Part shown: piece after piece, positions 9,842 to 18,791 of the stretch | Numbering within the stretch: position 1 is the stretch's first letter | How the letters are laid out: the number at the start of each line of letters is the position of its first letter | DNA from: an uncultured Gammaproteobacteria bacterium | Lineage (GTDB): Bacteria > Patescibacteriota > Patescibacteriia > Patescibacteriales > UBA12075 | Length of the DNA: 37,508 nt | NCBI GenBank assembly: GCA_964451485.1 | Contig: CAYVIA010000004.1 | Coordinates: forward strand, 1-37,508 | Reading direction: 5' to 3' | The notes under the pieces: generated by a model | The model's database searches: none | What the model saw: only the letters and a program-made list of their open reading frames with translations | What the model was told of the DNA's origin: nothing | Program-made: the position numbers and the translations under genes

Positions 9842-11254
9842 TTATTCTCTGATCATTTTTTTTATTAACTCCCCCGCTACTTGCCTGTCGTCCCAAGGCA
9901 TTTTTTCGCCGTTGGCCAGGCAAATGGCCTGTTCACAGCCCTTACCGGTAATCAATACAATATCCCCGCTGTCCGCTTTCGACAGGGCCAGCCCTATCCC
10001 TTTTCGCCTGTCGGGTATCTTGAACAGGTTTTGGTCCATCTTTTTGCCGGCCTTTTCCGCGCCTAACGCCACCTGATCGATAATTATTTCCGGATCGTCG
10101 TCATAAGGGTCTTCATTGGTAACGATTACGCAATCGGCATGCTCGCCCGCCAATTTACCCAGTCGCGGCCTCCTGGCTATATCCCGGCCGCCGCCAGCTG
10201 AACCGAGAACGTGAATGACTTTCCGATGGGGAATTGACGAAATTGTTTCATAAAGCTTGGCCAGCGCTTCCGGTTCGAAGGCGTAATCGACCAGTACGTG
10301 AAAATCCTGGCCAAGAGCGATCCTTTCCAGACGTCCCGCCACACCCGCTACGCTTTCTAACCCTTGCCTGATTTCGTCTGCGGAAAGACCGCCAACCAGG
10401 CCTATACAAACGGCGTTCATGGCATTGGCGGCATTAAACGCTCCGGGTAATTTTAGGTTTATGCCCACCCCGCCTGTCTGAAAACTTGTCCCTGACGCGC
10501 CGGAAGCAACCCGGCCGTAATTCACTATTTTTACTTTCTCCCCGAATCGGGACGAAGATAAATCCGGTCTCTTGTCATCATCGACATAGACCATTTTTTT
10601 CTCTGCCCAAAAATGCAGAAAATATTGAGCATGTTCATCGTTGCCGTTGACGATCACGGTCTTTTTCGCGCGGTTAAGGTCGGTCTTGCCGATACCGGAA
10701 GTTCTCTTCACTTTTTTTTCGCCGTCGATATACTTGGGCGCGCATTTTTTCAGGTGGGCGAATAACCTGCCCTTGGCTTTTTTATAGTTATCGAAACTTC
10801 CATGCGCTTCGATATGCTCGGGATACAGGCCGGTAAAGACCAAAATATCATAGTTAATGAACCGGTGGCGGTATTGCGCGACGCCCTGCGAAGAAGTCTC
10901 GATAATGGCGTATTGGCAGCCGTTTTTGACCATGCGGCGCAAAATCTTCTGCGTAAAAAAACGGCCGATCATGGTCATCTTCTTGTCGTTAAACCATTCT
11001 TTCTCCCCGTCGCTCAAAAAAGCGGTTGAGGTATATCCGACTTTATAGCCGGCATGCGCGAGCATTTTGGCCGCAAGGTAAACACTGGTGGTCTTGCCGG
11101 TGGTACCGGTAATGCCGACAACGATTAGCTCCTCGCTCGGCCGGCCGTAAACGACCGCCGCCAGCCACGCCAAACCGAAATGGTAGGCCGGCTGCAGTAA
11201 TTTAAACAATTTGCGCGGAATAATTTTTTTTATTACCGCCAATATTTTATCCAT
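9842..11254 (-). CDS. Mur ligase family protein, MurE-like central and C-terminal domains but no canonical N-terminal UDP-MurNAc-binding domain
   Basis: P-loop GITGTTGKTT. IIETSSQGVAQYRHRFINYDILVFTGLYPEHIEAHGSFDNYKKAKGRLF aligns to the MurE central domain. C-terminal GSAGGGRD...VIVTNEDPYDDDP...ITGKGCEQ matches MurE GCGGDRD/DNPR/GKGHE. Only about 45 aa, partly hydrophobic, precede the P-loop. Confidence 0.8.
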   Translation of the reverse strand: MDKILAVIKKIIPRKLFKLLQPAYHFGLAWLAAVVYGRPSEELIVVGITGTTGKTTSVYLAAKMLAHAGYKVGYTSTAFLSDGEKEWFNDKKMTMIGRFFTQKILRRMVKNGCQYAIIETSSQGVAQYRHRFINYDILVFTGLYPEHIEAHGSFDNYKKAKGRLFAHLKKCAPKYIDGEKKVKRTSGIGKTDLNRAKKTVIVNGNDEHAQYFLHFWAEKKMVYVDDDKRPDLSSSRFGEKVKIVNYGRVASGASGTSFQTGGVGINLKLPGAFNAANAMNAVCIGLVGGLSADEIRQGLESVAGVAGRLERIALGQDFHVLVDYAFEPEALAKLYETISSIPHRKVIHVLGSAGGGRDIARRPRLGKLAGEHADCVIVTNEDPYDDDPEIIIDQVALGAEKAGKKMDQNLFKIPDRRKGIGLALSKADSGDIVLITGKGCEQAICLANGEKMPWDDRQVAGELIKKMIRE

Positions 11255-11257
11255 ATT

Positions 11258-12271
11258 TCATGCCCGGCGCCTCAACGCTCTGGCGATTTTATATAATTGA
11301 TAGTAAAAACCGTCGAATATCAAGTCATAGGTACCCGGATACTGCCGTTCACCCCCCCCGAAACCGCGCTTAAACCTTGTTACGCCCGGCCATTTATTAT
11401 CGTCGATGCCGTAAAAATCGTAAAACCCGTATCCCGACTCTTTGGCCAGGCGGATAACGTGCCATTGCAGTAAATACGGAGCCATCACGTTGCGGTACCG
11501 GCTGGCAGAAGCGCCGTGCATGTACGTTGCCGTATCACCGAAAAACGCGATAATATTGCCGGCGATCACTTTGTTTTCATATTCGGCCAGGTATAGTTTT
11601 ATCGCCAGATCATCCCGGCGCGCCGGCGTGGAAGTATGAATTCCGATCATTTTACGGTAATGCTCCCGGGTATGCGTTCGAAAACCATCCCTTTCTTTCG
11701 TCTCCCGCATCAATCGCCAAAAACTCTCGAAATCATCAACGCTCCCTTCCCTGACCGCAACTCCCTTCCTCTCCGCCAGCCGGGTATTATACCTCGTTTT
11801 CTGGCGCATGTTTTTGAGCAACTCTTTTTCCTGCGGGGCTAAATCCAGAATCAAGGTCTTGCTCGGCTGCACGTCGATAGTTTTTGTTAGCTGGCAGCCG
11901 GTAGCTGGCAGCCGGTAGCTTGGTTCAAAGCGTAAAAAGATTACTTTCTCGTCTTTTGCCATTCTTCCGATCTCATCCAATAAAAAATTCAAACATTCCA
12001 TTCGTAATTCGTAATTTTTAATTCGTAATTGATCCATCGCCGGTCCGCACGGACAATAAAAATAAGCTCTGCCCAGGGGCAGGCCCGTTCTTATCAAAGT
12101 CGCGGCCGCCAATATTTTTCCACCGTCATCCGCTACGGCCAGACGTCTGACATCACGTCCGTTTGCCCGCTGGAATTCTCCCCACCCCCATGACTCTGCA
12201 AACCGGCTATATCTTTGACTGCCGACAAATTTATTATATTGTTCTTTTTCCGTTATATTGATTATTTTCAT
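11258..12271 (-). CDS. FemAB/FemX-family peptidoglycan aminoacyl(peptidyl)transferase
   Basis: 337 aa. The N-terminal FAESWGWGEFQ and C-terminal YLLQWHVIRLAKESGYGFYDFYGI...GVTRFKRGFGG patterns are typical of the FemAB family. Confidence 0.85.
   Translation of the reverse strand: MKIINITEKEQYNKFVGSQRYSRFAESWGWGEFQRANGRDVRRLAVADDGGKILAAATLIRTGLPLGRAYFYCPCGPAMDQLRIKNYELRMECLNFLLDEIGRMAKDEKVIFLRFEPSYRLPATGCQLTKTIDVQPSKTLILDLAPQEKELLKNMRQKTRYNTRLAERKGVAVREGSVDDFESFWRLMRETKERDGFRTHTREHYRKMIGIHTSTPARRDDLAIKLYLAEYENKVIAGNIIAFFGDTATYMHGASASRYRNVMAPYLLQWHVIRLAKESGYGFYDFYGIDDNKWPGVTRFKRGFGGGERQYPGTYDLIFDGFYYQLYKIARALRRRA
11889..11920. repeat. 14-nt tandem repeat (AGCTGGCAGCCGGT x2.3) inside the femX-like CDS
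   Basis: Direct reading: 11889-11902 and 11903-11916 are identical, followed by a partial third copy. Encodes YRLPATGCQL in frame. Confidence 0.9.
12001..12031. repeat. heptamer tract (TTCGTAA x3, one copy separated by TTTTTAA) inside the femX-like CDS
   Basis: Sequence is ATTCGTAATTCGTAATTTTTAATTCGTAATT. Encodes QLRIKNYELRM on the minus strand. Confidence 0.9.
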
Positions 12272-12856
12272 CTATCTGCCTAACTTCTTCAGCGCCTCCC
12301 TGACTCTCTCTCCGCTGTCTTTAACGCCCGTACCGACCCGGCTTAAGGCCTCCCTGGCCTGGCCGAGGGAATAGCCAAGGGCCATAAGCGCGTCTATCTC
12401 GTCACCGCCGGCAACCACGTTCCCGCTTTTTCCGTCGGCCGTGCCCGGCAACGATAAACGGGACATTTTATCCCGCAATTCGAGCACTACCCTTTCTGCC
12501 GTTTTTTTGCCAATGCCGGAAACCTTGACCAGCAGGGACGAATCGCCGCCGGCAATCGATGCGCGCAGGTCGTCCACGTCTGCCATCGACAAAACGGCCA
12601 ACGCCGACTTCGGCCCGATGCCGCTGACCGAGAGCATCAGCTCGAACATCTCCAGCTGCTCCGCCGACCTGAACCCGTAAAGCACGCTTGCATCCTCGCG
12701 CACGTGATGATAAATATAAATTTCCGTCGGTTGTCCCGCGTCGAGTTCCGCGTATTGGGATGCGCTAACGATCACTTTGTAGCCGACATCATTCACCCTG
12801 ACGACGACATAGCCCGTGCCCTTATATAAAACTTTACCCGATAAAAAAGCAATCAT
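12272..12856 (-). CDS. ruvA: Holliday junction branch migration complex subunit RuvA
   Basis: 194 aa. N-terminal OB-like MIAFLSGKV..., two HhH motifs (VSGIGPKSALAVL, VSGIGKKTAERVVLEL), C-terminal domain III. Confidence 0.9.
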   Translation of the reverse strand: MIAFLSGKVLYKGTGYVVVRVNDVGYKVIVSASQYAELDAGQPTEIYIYHHVREDASVLYGFRSAEQLEMFELMLSVSGIGPKSALAVLSMADVDDLRASIAGGDSSLLVKVSGIGKKTAERVVLELRDKMSRLSLPGTADGKSGNVVAGGDEIDALMALGYSLGQAREALSRVGTGVKDSGERVREALKKLGR

Positions 12857-12859
12857 AGA

Positions 12860-13696
12860 TTATTTCCCCAGCGTTTTCTTTATCTTCTCCACGATCTCTT
12901 CGGTGGTAAAATGCGCCTTAACCAGATAATCGTTGGCCTTCATGTCCATGGCTTTTTTGATGTCATCTTCCTGCCCCAGATTGGAAAGCATGATGACCGG
13001 AATTTCCATAATCTCCTTATTCTTATGGGTGCGGATCTGGTGAAGAATCTGGAAACCGTCGATAGCCGGCAAAATGATATCTAAAAGCACGATATCCGGT
13101 TTAATTTCCTCTATACTGTTCATGGCCTGCTCCCCGTCAATCGCTTCATAGACGGACATGCCTTCTTTAGTCAATTTTTTACTGCAAATCTCCCGCAGAA
13201 AAGCGTCATCCTCGACCAAAAGAACCTTTATGCCCAAACTCTTGACGCTTCCGTCTTCTTTCGGCTTGATGGCAGCCGTGTGGGCGGGATTTTTCGGGGG
13301 TACGCCGCCGTTACCGAGACAATCTTTGACCTTGCCCAAAACATCAAGGGGGCTGAATTCGGTTTTTATCAGATGGTCAACGGCTCCCAATTTTTTGGTT
13401 TTTTCGATCTCGACCGGCTGCCCGGAGTTGGAGATAATAATCACCGGCGTTTTATTGCCGTCTTCGTTCAGTTTCTCGAGAACCTCATAACCGTCCATCT
13501 TGGGCATAACGATATCCAGCAAGATCAAATCCGGCTTCCATGAATTTATCATCTTATAACCCTCTTCGCCGTCTCCGGCGGCGGCCACTTCGTAATTTTC
13601 TTTTCGGAGTTTGGCCACCAATAACTCCATCAGGGACTGCTCGTCCTCGATAATCAATATCTTTTGTCCCTTGGACGCATTATTTTCGCTACTCAT
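12860..13696 (-). CDS. tandem-receiver (REC-REC) response regulator without an output domain
   Basis: Two CheY-like domains. REC1: ILIIEDE...PDLILLDIVMPKMDG...DHLIK. REC2: VLLVEDD...PDIVLLDIILPAIDG...DYLVK. Both keep the acidic pocket, phospho-Asp and Lys. No HTH or enzymatic domain is present. Confidence 0.9.
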   Translation of the reverse strand: MSSENNASKGQKILIIEDEQSLMELLVAKLRKENYEVAAAGDGEEGYKMINSWKPDLILLDIVMPKMDGYEVLEKLNEDGNKTPVIIISNSGQPVEIEKTKKLGAVDHLIKTEFSPLDVLGKVKDCLGNGGVPPKNPAHTAAIKPKEDGSVKSLGIKVLLVEDDAFLREICSKKLTKEGMSVYEAIDGEQAMNSIEEIKPDIVLLDIILPAIDGFQILHQIRTHKNKEIMEIPVIMLSNLGQEDDIKKAMDMKANDYLVKAHFTTEEIVEKIKKTLGK

Positions 13697-13736
13697 ATGA
13701 TTTTTCTTAGATTATAATTTTTAAAAATATATAAAA

Positions 13737-15437
13737 TTATACTTCCTTTTTCACCGGCAATGTAATCGTCATCTCCGTTCCCTTGCCCTCCTCGCTCCGG
13801 CAGGAGATAGTGCCATGATGTTCATCGACGATATTTTTAGCGATAAACAGTCCCAACCCCGAACCCTCCGTTTGCATGCGTACGACGTTGTCGGCCCGGA
13901 AGAATTTCGTGAAAAGCTTATCTCTGGCCTTCGCGGGAATGCCCACGCCGTTATCTTTGATCTTTATCTCCAGAGATTTCTTCCCGCCCCTGACGTCGAT
14001 TCTGATCGTACCCGATTCCGGAGTGTACTTGACCGCGTTCTCCAGTAAATGCCTGATGGCGATATCCATCTTCTCGGCATCCATATAAATATCGGGCAGC
14101 TCCGATTCGAGATTAACGATCAGGCGGATCTTCTTGCTTTTCGCCTGATCGGAAAAATCTTTGAGAATCGGGCCCAAAACCGCATCAGGCTCCTCTTTTC
14201 TGAATTCGTAACCGAATTTTCCTTCTTCGATCCGGGAAACATACAGCATCTCGTTGATCAGGTTGATTACCCTCTCATTGCTGAAATATCCGTTCCATAA
14301 AATTTTCTTCTGTTCCTCGTTCAATTCGCCCGCGTCTCCGTCCAGCACCATCTTTACCGACCATTTTATGGCCGACAGCGGCGTTCTTAGCTGATGGGCG
14401 GCGATGGAAATGAATTCCGATTTAAGCATATCAATCATTTTTTCTCTCGTCAAATCATAAAATATTTTCATGTAGCCGTAGCAAACGCCCTTTTCATCGC
14501 GCACGGGCGCCGTCATCACTTTATAAACCGTCTCCCCCCGATTATATTTCGTAATACCTATTCTGAAAGGATTTCTCGTTTCTTCTTTCGCGGATGAAGA
14601 CGGAATCTTGCCGGCCTTAATGACTACCTCTTCTATGGTAAGCCCGGGATTATCGCCCGCTTCGACTTCCTGTACGCTAAAATCGACTTTTTTTATTATT
14701 TCGCTAAAACCCTCGAAGGAAAAACGATCTCCGGCCAAATCGACCCGCCGTCCCAAATCCTTGTCCGACAAACGAAACACTCTTCTCGCCTCCGGATTCA
14801 ACAACATAATGCGCCCGCCGTTGTCCACGACGATTACCGGATCGAGAAAGTTTGAAATTATGGCCGCTGTCTTATTCTTTTCCTTTTCGATCTTTTCCTT
14901 GCCCGATTTCACGTCCTCAAGCACCTTAATCAAAACTTTCTGCGCTTTTTCCAGCTCCTCGGTTCTCTCCCTGACCTTATCTTTCAGGCCATTCTGTAGC
15001 TTTTTCAAATCGGTAATGTCGGAAAGGGCCAAAAAATATCCAACCACTTCCCTTTTTATGTCCCGCCTTAAGGTGGCGGATACGGATACGTAAATAATAT
15101 CGCCCCGCTTGGTCATGAATTCCATCTCTTTCTGCCGGACTTCCCCTTTGGCGTGCAACGCGCGAATTAAATTATTGATCTTTTTTTTATCCCTGAAAAA
15201 AAATTCTACTTTCCGGCCGACCGCATCCATTTCGTCATATCCGCTCAATTTTCTAAAAGCGTTATTGGCGTCCACGATAATATTAACCGGCGTTACCATG
15301 CAGACAGGCATGGGCAAAAAGACGGAAAATTCTCTGATATAACTTTCGAGCTCCCGTACGTCTTCGATGTCTTCAATGTCGGGTAATTCGCCGTTTTTCG
15401 TTACATTTTTTTTCATGATGTTTTGAATGCGGGTCAT
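13737..15437 (-). CDS. cytoplasmic PAS-domain sensor histidine kinase (HisKA + HATPase_c)
   Basis: 566 aa with no hydrophobic N-terminus. H-box SEFISIAAHQLRTPLSAIKW, N-box ENAVKYTPE, G-boxes DNGVGIP and EGSGLGLFI. PAS-like segments lie upstream. Confidence 0.9.
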   Translation of the reverse strand: MTRIQNIMKKNVTKNGELPDIEDIEDVRELESYIREFSVFLPMPVCMVTPVNIIVDANNAFRKLSGYDEMDAVGRKVEFFFRDKKKINNLIRALHAKGEVRQKEMEFMTKRGDIIYVSVSATLRRDIKREVVGYFLALSDITDLKKLQNGLKDKVRERTEELEKAQKVLIKVLEDVKSGKEKIEKEKNKTAAIISNFLDPVIVVDNGGRIMLLNPEARRVFRLSDKDLGRRVDLAGDRFSFEGFSEIIKKVDFSVQEVEAGDNPGLTIEEVVIKAGKIPSSSAKEETRNPFRIGITKYNRGETVYKVMTAPVRDEKGVCYGYMKIFYDLTREKMIDMLKSEFISIAAHQLRTPLSAIKWSVKMVLDGDAGELNEEQKKILWNGYFSNERVINLINEMLYVSRIEEGKFGYEFRKEEPDAVLGPILKDFSDQAKSKKIRLIVNLESELPDIYMDAEKMDIAIRHLLENAVKYTPESGTIRIDVRGGKKSLEIKIKDNGVGIPAKARDKLFTKFFRADNVVRMQTEGSGLGLFIAKNIVDEHHGTISCRSEEGKGTEMTITLPVKKEV

Positions 15438-15468
15438 CTATACATCCTGAAAAGATTATGACCCCTTA

Positions 15469-16092
15469 CTACTCCCAGCTTATAGTATATTCATGATAAG
15501 GGTCGCCCCGAAACATGCATTTTGCTTCCTGTGCGGAGGTTTTATCGCTGCCTGTGGCCAGTTCCACGATTTTAGAGAAAACCCCCCGATGATAGATACA
15601 GGTAATGGGATGCTTCTTAAAATCAATGACACGGAAAGTTACTTTCTTCCCCTTTTCGTCCACTTCGACAATCTCCAGTCGGCCGCCCTGTTGATAGTAA
15701 CGGCTTTGCCACTTTTCAGCCGCCTTTTTGAAAGTTCGTGCGGGCGAAGAAAAGTATTTCAAAAAAAATTTCATAGGAGCGTTAAGGGACAGCGCTTCTC
15801 TGCCCATTTGAATAATATCTTCTTCTCCCCAGCCGAAAACCTTAGTCATGGCCAACATATAAATCGTGGGTAACGCGATTGATGCCCATTCCAGGTCCCT
15901 TAATTTATTGATGTCCGGCAAATCAACACCAGCTTTTGCCAGCTCATTCTTAACGGCTCTCACCCCCTCGTTGCCTTTCTTGATCCTGGCGTAATTGCGC
16001 AGGAATTTTATATCCGAACCGCGCTCTTTGCCTTCAAGCGAACGCAGATTCTCCCACTCTTTTTTTAGATTGATATTCGTAAGATCGTACAT
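15469..16092 (-). CDS. V4R-like (4-vinyl-reductase / H-NOX-superfamily-type) small ligand-binding protein, paralog 1
   Basis: 207 aa. C-terminal HPITCIYHRGVFSKI...EAKCMFRGDPYHEYTISW fits the V4R C-terminal pattern (C-x-F/Y-x-x-G ... E-x-x-C-x-x-G-x-x-C-x-F) with the last Cys replaced by Tyr. Roughly one third of residues are identical to the adjacent 203-aa ORF, by eye. Confidence 0.55.
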   Translation of the reverse strand: MYDLTNINLKKEWENLRSLEGKERGSDIKFLRNYARIKKGNEGVRAVKNELAKAGVDLPDINKLRDLEWASIALPTIYMLAMTKVFGWGEEDIIQMGREALSLNAPMKFFLKYFSSPARTFKKAAEKWQSRYYQQGGRLEIVEVDEKGKKVTFRVIDFKKHPITCIYHRGVFSKIVELATGSDKTSAQEAKCMFRGDPYHEYTISWE

Positions 16093-16133
16093 ACCATTGA
16101 TATTAAAATAAACTTATAAAATAAAAAAATCTT

Positions 16134-16745
16134 TTATTTCCAGATAATCGAAAATTCATGGCAATCGGCGCCGGCAAACATGCATTTCGTTTCGCGCACT
16201 TCGATCTTTTCGCTCTTGATCACCATGCGGGCAAACTGGGAAAAATACCCCCGCAAGAAAACGCACATCGCCGGATGGGCTTTATAATCTTTCAGGCGAA
16301 TAATAATATGCTTGTCTCTAGAATTGAAATCGAAGGCCTCGAGCGTTCCTGTGGTATGATGTTTTCTCCAGTTTGCGGGGGAGGCGAGAAAGGTCTTCTC
16401 GACGGAAACGAAATATTTCATCAACAACTTGACGAGAAAAGAAATCTTTGGCGCGTTCTCGCCCATGGCGAAGATATCGGTTTCGCCCCAGCCGAAAACT
16501 TCCTGCGCGGCCAGAATAATTACTATACCGCAGGCCTCCGGATACCATGACAGGGACTGTAATTTCCCCAATTCTATCCGGCACCCCGCCTCTTTAAGCT
16601 TTTTCCCGACGGCGCGCACTCCGGCCTCTCCCTTTTGATGCCTGATATACGCCATTCTGCTGATAATAGCTTCTCCCCTGACTTTACCTCCGGTATTCTG
16701 CAATAAATCCGCATATATTTTTCTTAAATCTTTCGCTTTGGCCAT
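16134..16745 (-). CDS. V4R-like small ligand-binding protein, paralog 2 (full Cys/Glu/Cys/Cys set)
   Basis: 203 aa. HPAMCVFLRGYFSQF...RETKCMFAGADCHEFSIIW matches the V4R C-terminal signature. C161, E185, C188 and C195 have the same spacing as C165, E189, C192 and Y199 in paralog 1. Confidence 0.6.
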   Translation of the reverse strand: MAKAKDLRKIYADLLQNTGGKVRGEAIISRMAYIRHQKGEAGVRAVGKKLKEAGCRIELGKLQSLSWYPEACGIVIILAAQEVFGWGETDIFAMGENAPKISFLVKLLMKYFVSVEKTFLASPANWRKHHTTGTLEAFDFNSRDKHIIIRLKDYKAHPAMCVFLRGYFSQFARMVIKSEKIEVRETKCMFAGADCHEFSIIWK

Positions 16746-16757
16746 AAAATTGCTTAC

Positions 16758-18668
16758 TTACTTATTAAGCGGCAGAGTGAATACGAATTCCGTTCCTCTG
16801 CCCTCTTTGCTCGTAAAAGTTATATCGCCGCCGTGCCTGTTCACGATATTCTTGACGATAAAAAGCCCCAATCCCGACCCCTCTGTCTGCATGCGCATCA
16901 CGTTTGCCGCCCGGAAGAATTTCGAAAATATCTTCTCCTGGTCTTTCTGGGGAATGCCCACGCCATTGTCCGTAACTTTAACCTGCAGAAACGCCCTGCC
17001 CACCTCCACGCCGACCTTGATCGTACCGTACTCCGGAGTATACTTCACGGCGTTCTCCAGTATATTCTGGAGCACGAGAGCCATTTTTTGCTTATCCATG
17101 TAAACTTTCGGTAATTTTTTCGGCTTATCCAGGACGAATTTTATCTTCTTTTCCTTTATCCTGTTTTCCAAACTGTCCAAAACGATATCCAGCACTTCCC
17201 GGAAGTCGCTCTGGCCGAAAGTATAACCGAAACGCCCCTCCTCTATACGGGACACGTTAAGCATATCGTTAACCAGCTCTATGATCCTTTCGTTGCTGAC
17301 ATACCCCCGGTAAAGCAGCTTCTTCTGCTCTTCGTTCAAAGGCCCGCAGTCCCCGTCAAGGACCATCTTGGTTACCCATTTGATAGCCGACAGGGGGGTT
17401 CTTAGCTGATGGGCGGCAATGGAGATAAATTCCGATTTCATCCTGTCCAGCATCTTTTCCCTGGTCAGATTATAAAATATCTTCATCGTTCCCAGGTGCT
17501 GCCCGTTCCTGTCCACCACCTTGGCGGTAATCACCTTATAAGTCAATTCCTGCTCCCCATAAGTTATTATCAACTCTTCTTCGCCCGGGTTTTCCGATTT
17601 CAGTTCCCGGCCTGTTTTCAGCTTATAGTCCTTCTTAACGATAGCCCTGAAATTATCCATGGAAAAATTATTCTCTGACAATATTTTCTTCCCTAAATCG
17701 GAATCGATCAGGCCGAAAACATCTTTGGCTGCCGGGTTGATAAGGGCCAGACACCCCTCCTTGTCCAGCACTATGATCGGGTCGAGAAAATTAGAAATAA
17801 TAGCAGCCGTTTTATTGCTCTCCTCCTCCGCCTTTTTTCGCGCCGCCTTAAGGTCGGTAAAGGCGGCAATCATGGCTTTCTCCGATTTTTCCAACTCATC
17901 GATCTTCTTGTCCAATTCCTTATTGATAGCCGTCAAAGCCAGATCCCGCTTGACCAGAAGTTTCGTGGTCTTGTCCAGCTGTTTCAGTTCATTCTCCCTG
18001 TATTCCTTGATGCGCACCAAGCTTTCCGTCTGCGTCATCAGTGTTATCTCCCTCTGATACAGGAATTTTATGCCATAGCCGGCGAAGAGGGCGATGATAA
18101 GATAAAAATTAGAGGTGGTCAGGGTCTGGACCAGGGAGATGGATAAATATTTAAATTCCGACAATTCAAAGGCGGAAAAAGAACTTTGGGCAAAAATCGT
18201 AACCGCTAAAAAATGAACGTAATTCAGCACGACCACCAAATTGACGAGCGCCGCCGATATGATTCCCGTAATAACCGCCCCCCTGACCTCGAAAATTATA
18301 GCCGCGGAAATAATCGGCAGAAAATAAAAAATACCGACTATATCGCGGTCGCCGCCGAAATTCATCAGAGCGGTAAAAATCGCCAATTCGATACCGATCT
18401 GCAGCATACTGAAAAATCTCAATTTTTTCTCCGATCCGTCTTTTTTGATCCTGGACAATGCATGATAAAAATAAGCGTTAATATAGATAAAAATCAATAA
18501 CAGCAAACCAACCGAAAAAAAAGAGAATTTTACCTCAAATAAGCTTGCCAGAGAGTTACCGATAATGCCGATCAAAAAAATAGCCACCATGTAGAACCAG
18601 CGGGCATTAATAAGCCATTCATTGATTTGCAGATTCCGATCGTATTGTGAATTGGCTTGTGCATTCAT
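16758..18668 (-). CDS. membrane-bound (about 6 TM) PAS sensor histidine kinase, paralog of the 13737-15437 kinase
   Basis: 636 aa. Hydrophobic N-terminal third, coiled-coil linker, then long runs shared with the other kinase: NKTAAIISNFLDP, MKIFYNLTREKM, KSEFISIAAHQLRTPLSAIKW, ENAVKYTPE, DNGVGIP, RMQTEGSGLGLFI. Confidence 0.9.
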   Translation of the reverse strand: MNAQANSQYDRNLQINEWLINARWFYMVAIFLIGIIGNSLASLFEVKFSFFSVGLLLLIFIYINAYFYHALSRIKKDGSEKKLRFFSMLQIGIELAIFTALMNFGGDRDIVGIFYFLPIISAAIIFEVRGAVITGIISAALVNLVVVLNYVHFLAVTIFAQSSFSAFELSEFKYLSISLVQTLTTSNFYLIIALFAGYGIKFLYQREITLMTQTESLVRIKEYRENELKQLDKTTKLLVKRDLALTAINKELDKKIDELEKSEKAMIAAFTDLKAARKKAEEESNKTAAIISNFLDPIIVLDKEGCLALINPAAKDVFGLIDSDLGKKILSENNFSMDNFRAIVKKDYKLKTGRELKSENPGEEELIITYGEQELTYKVITAKVVDRNGQHLGTMKIFYNLTREKMLDRMKSEFISIAAHQLRTPLSAIKWVTKMVLDGDCGPLNEEQKKLLYRGYVSNERIIELVNDMLNVSRIEEGRFGYTFGQSDFREVLDIVLDSLENRIKEKKIKFVLDKPKKLPKVYMDKQKMALVLQNILENAVKYTPEYGTIKVGVEVGRAFLQVKVTDNGVGIPQKDQEKIFSKFFRAANVMRMQTEGSGLGLFIVKNIVNRHGGDITFTSKEGRGTEFVFTLPLNK

Positions 18669-18791
18669 GTTATTATTATACTAAATTTTGGGAAAAAAAG
18701 AAAATTTTTCGGCTACGACAAAAAAACGCCGGCGGCAAAAATAAAAACGAGATAGTAACTTACGTCTATCCCGTCATTATTTTTACTTATA

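Noticed and set aside
15431-15464. 7-bp inverted repeat (GGGTCAT...ATGACCC) pairing the start codon of the cytoplasmic kinase with upstream sequence.
   Set aside because: The stem is short and the loop is 20 nt. Stems of this size are expected by chance many times in 37 kb. There is no supporting evidence.
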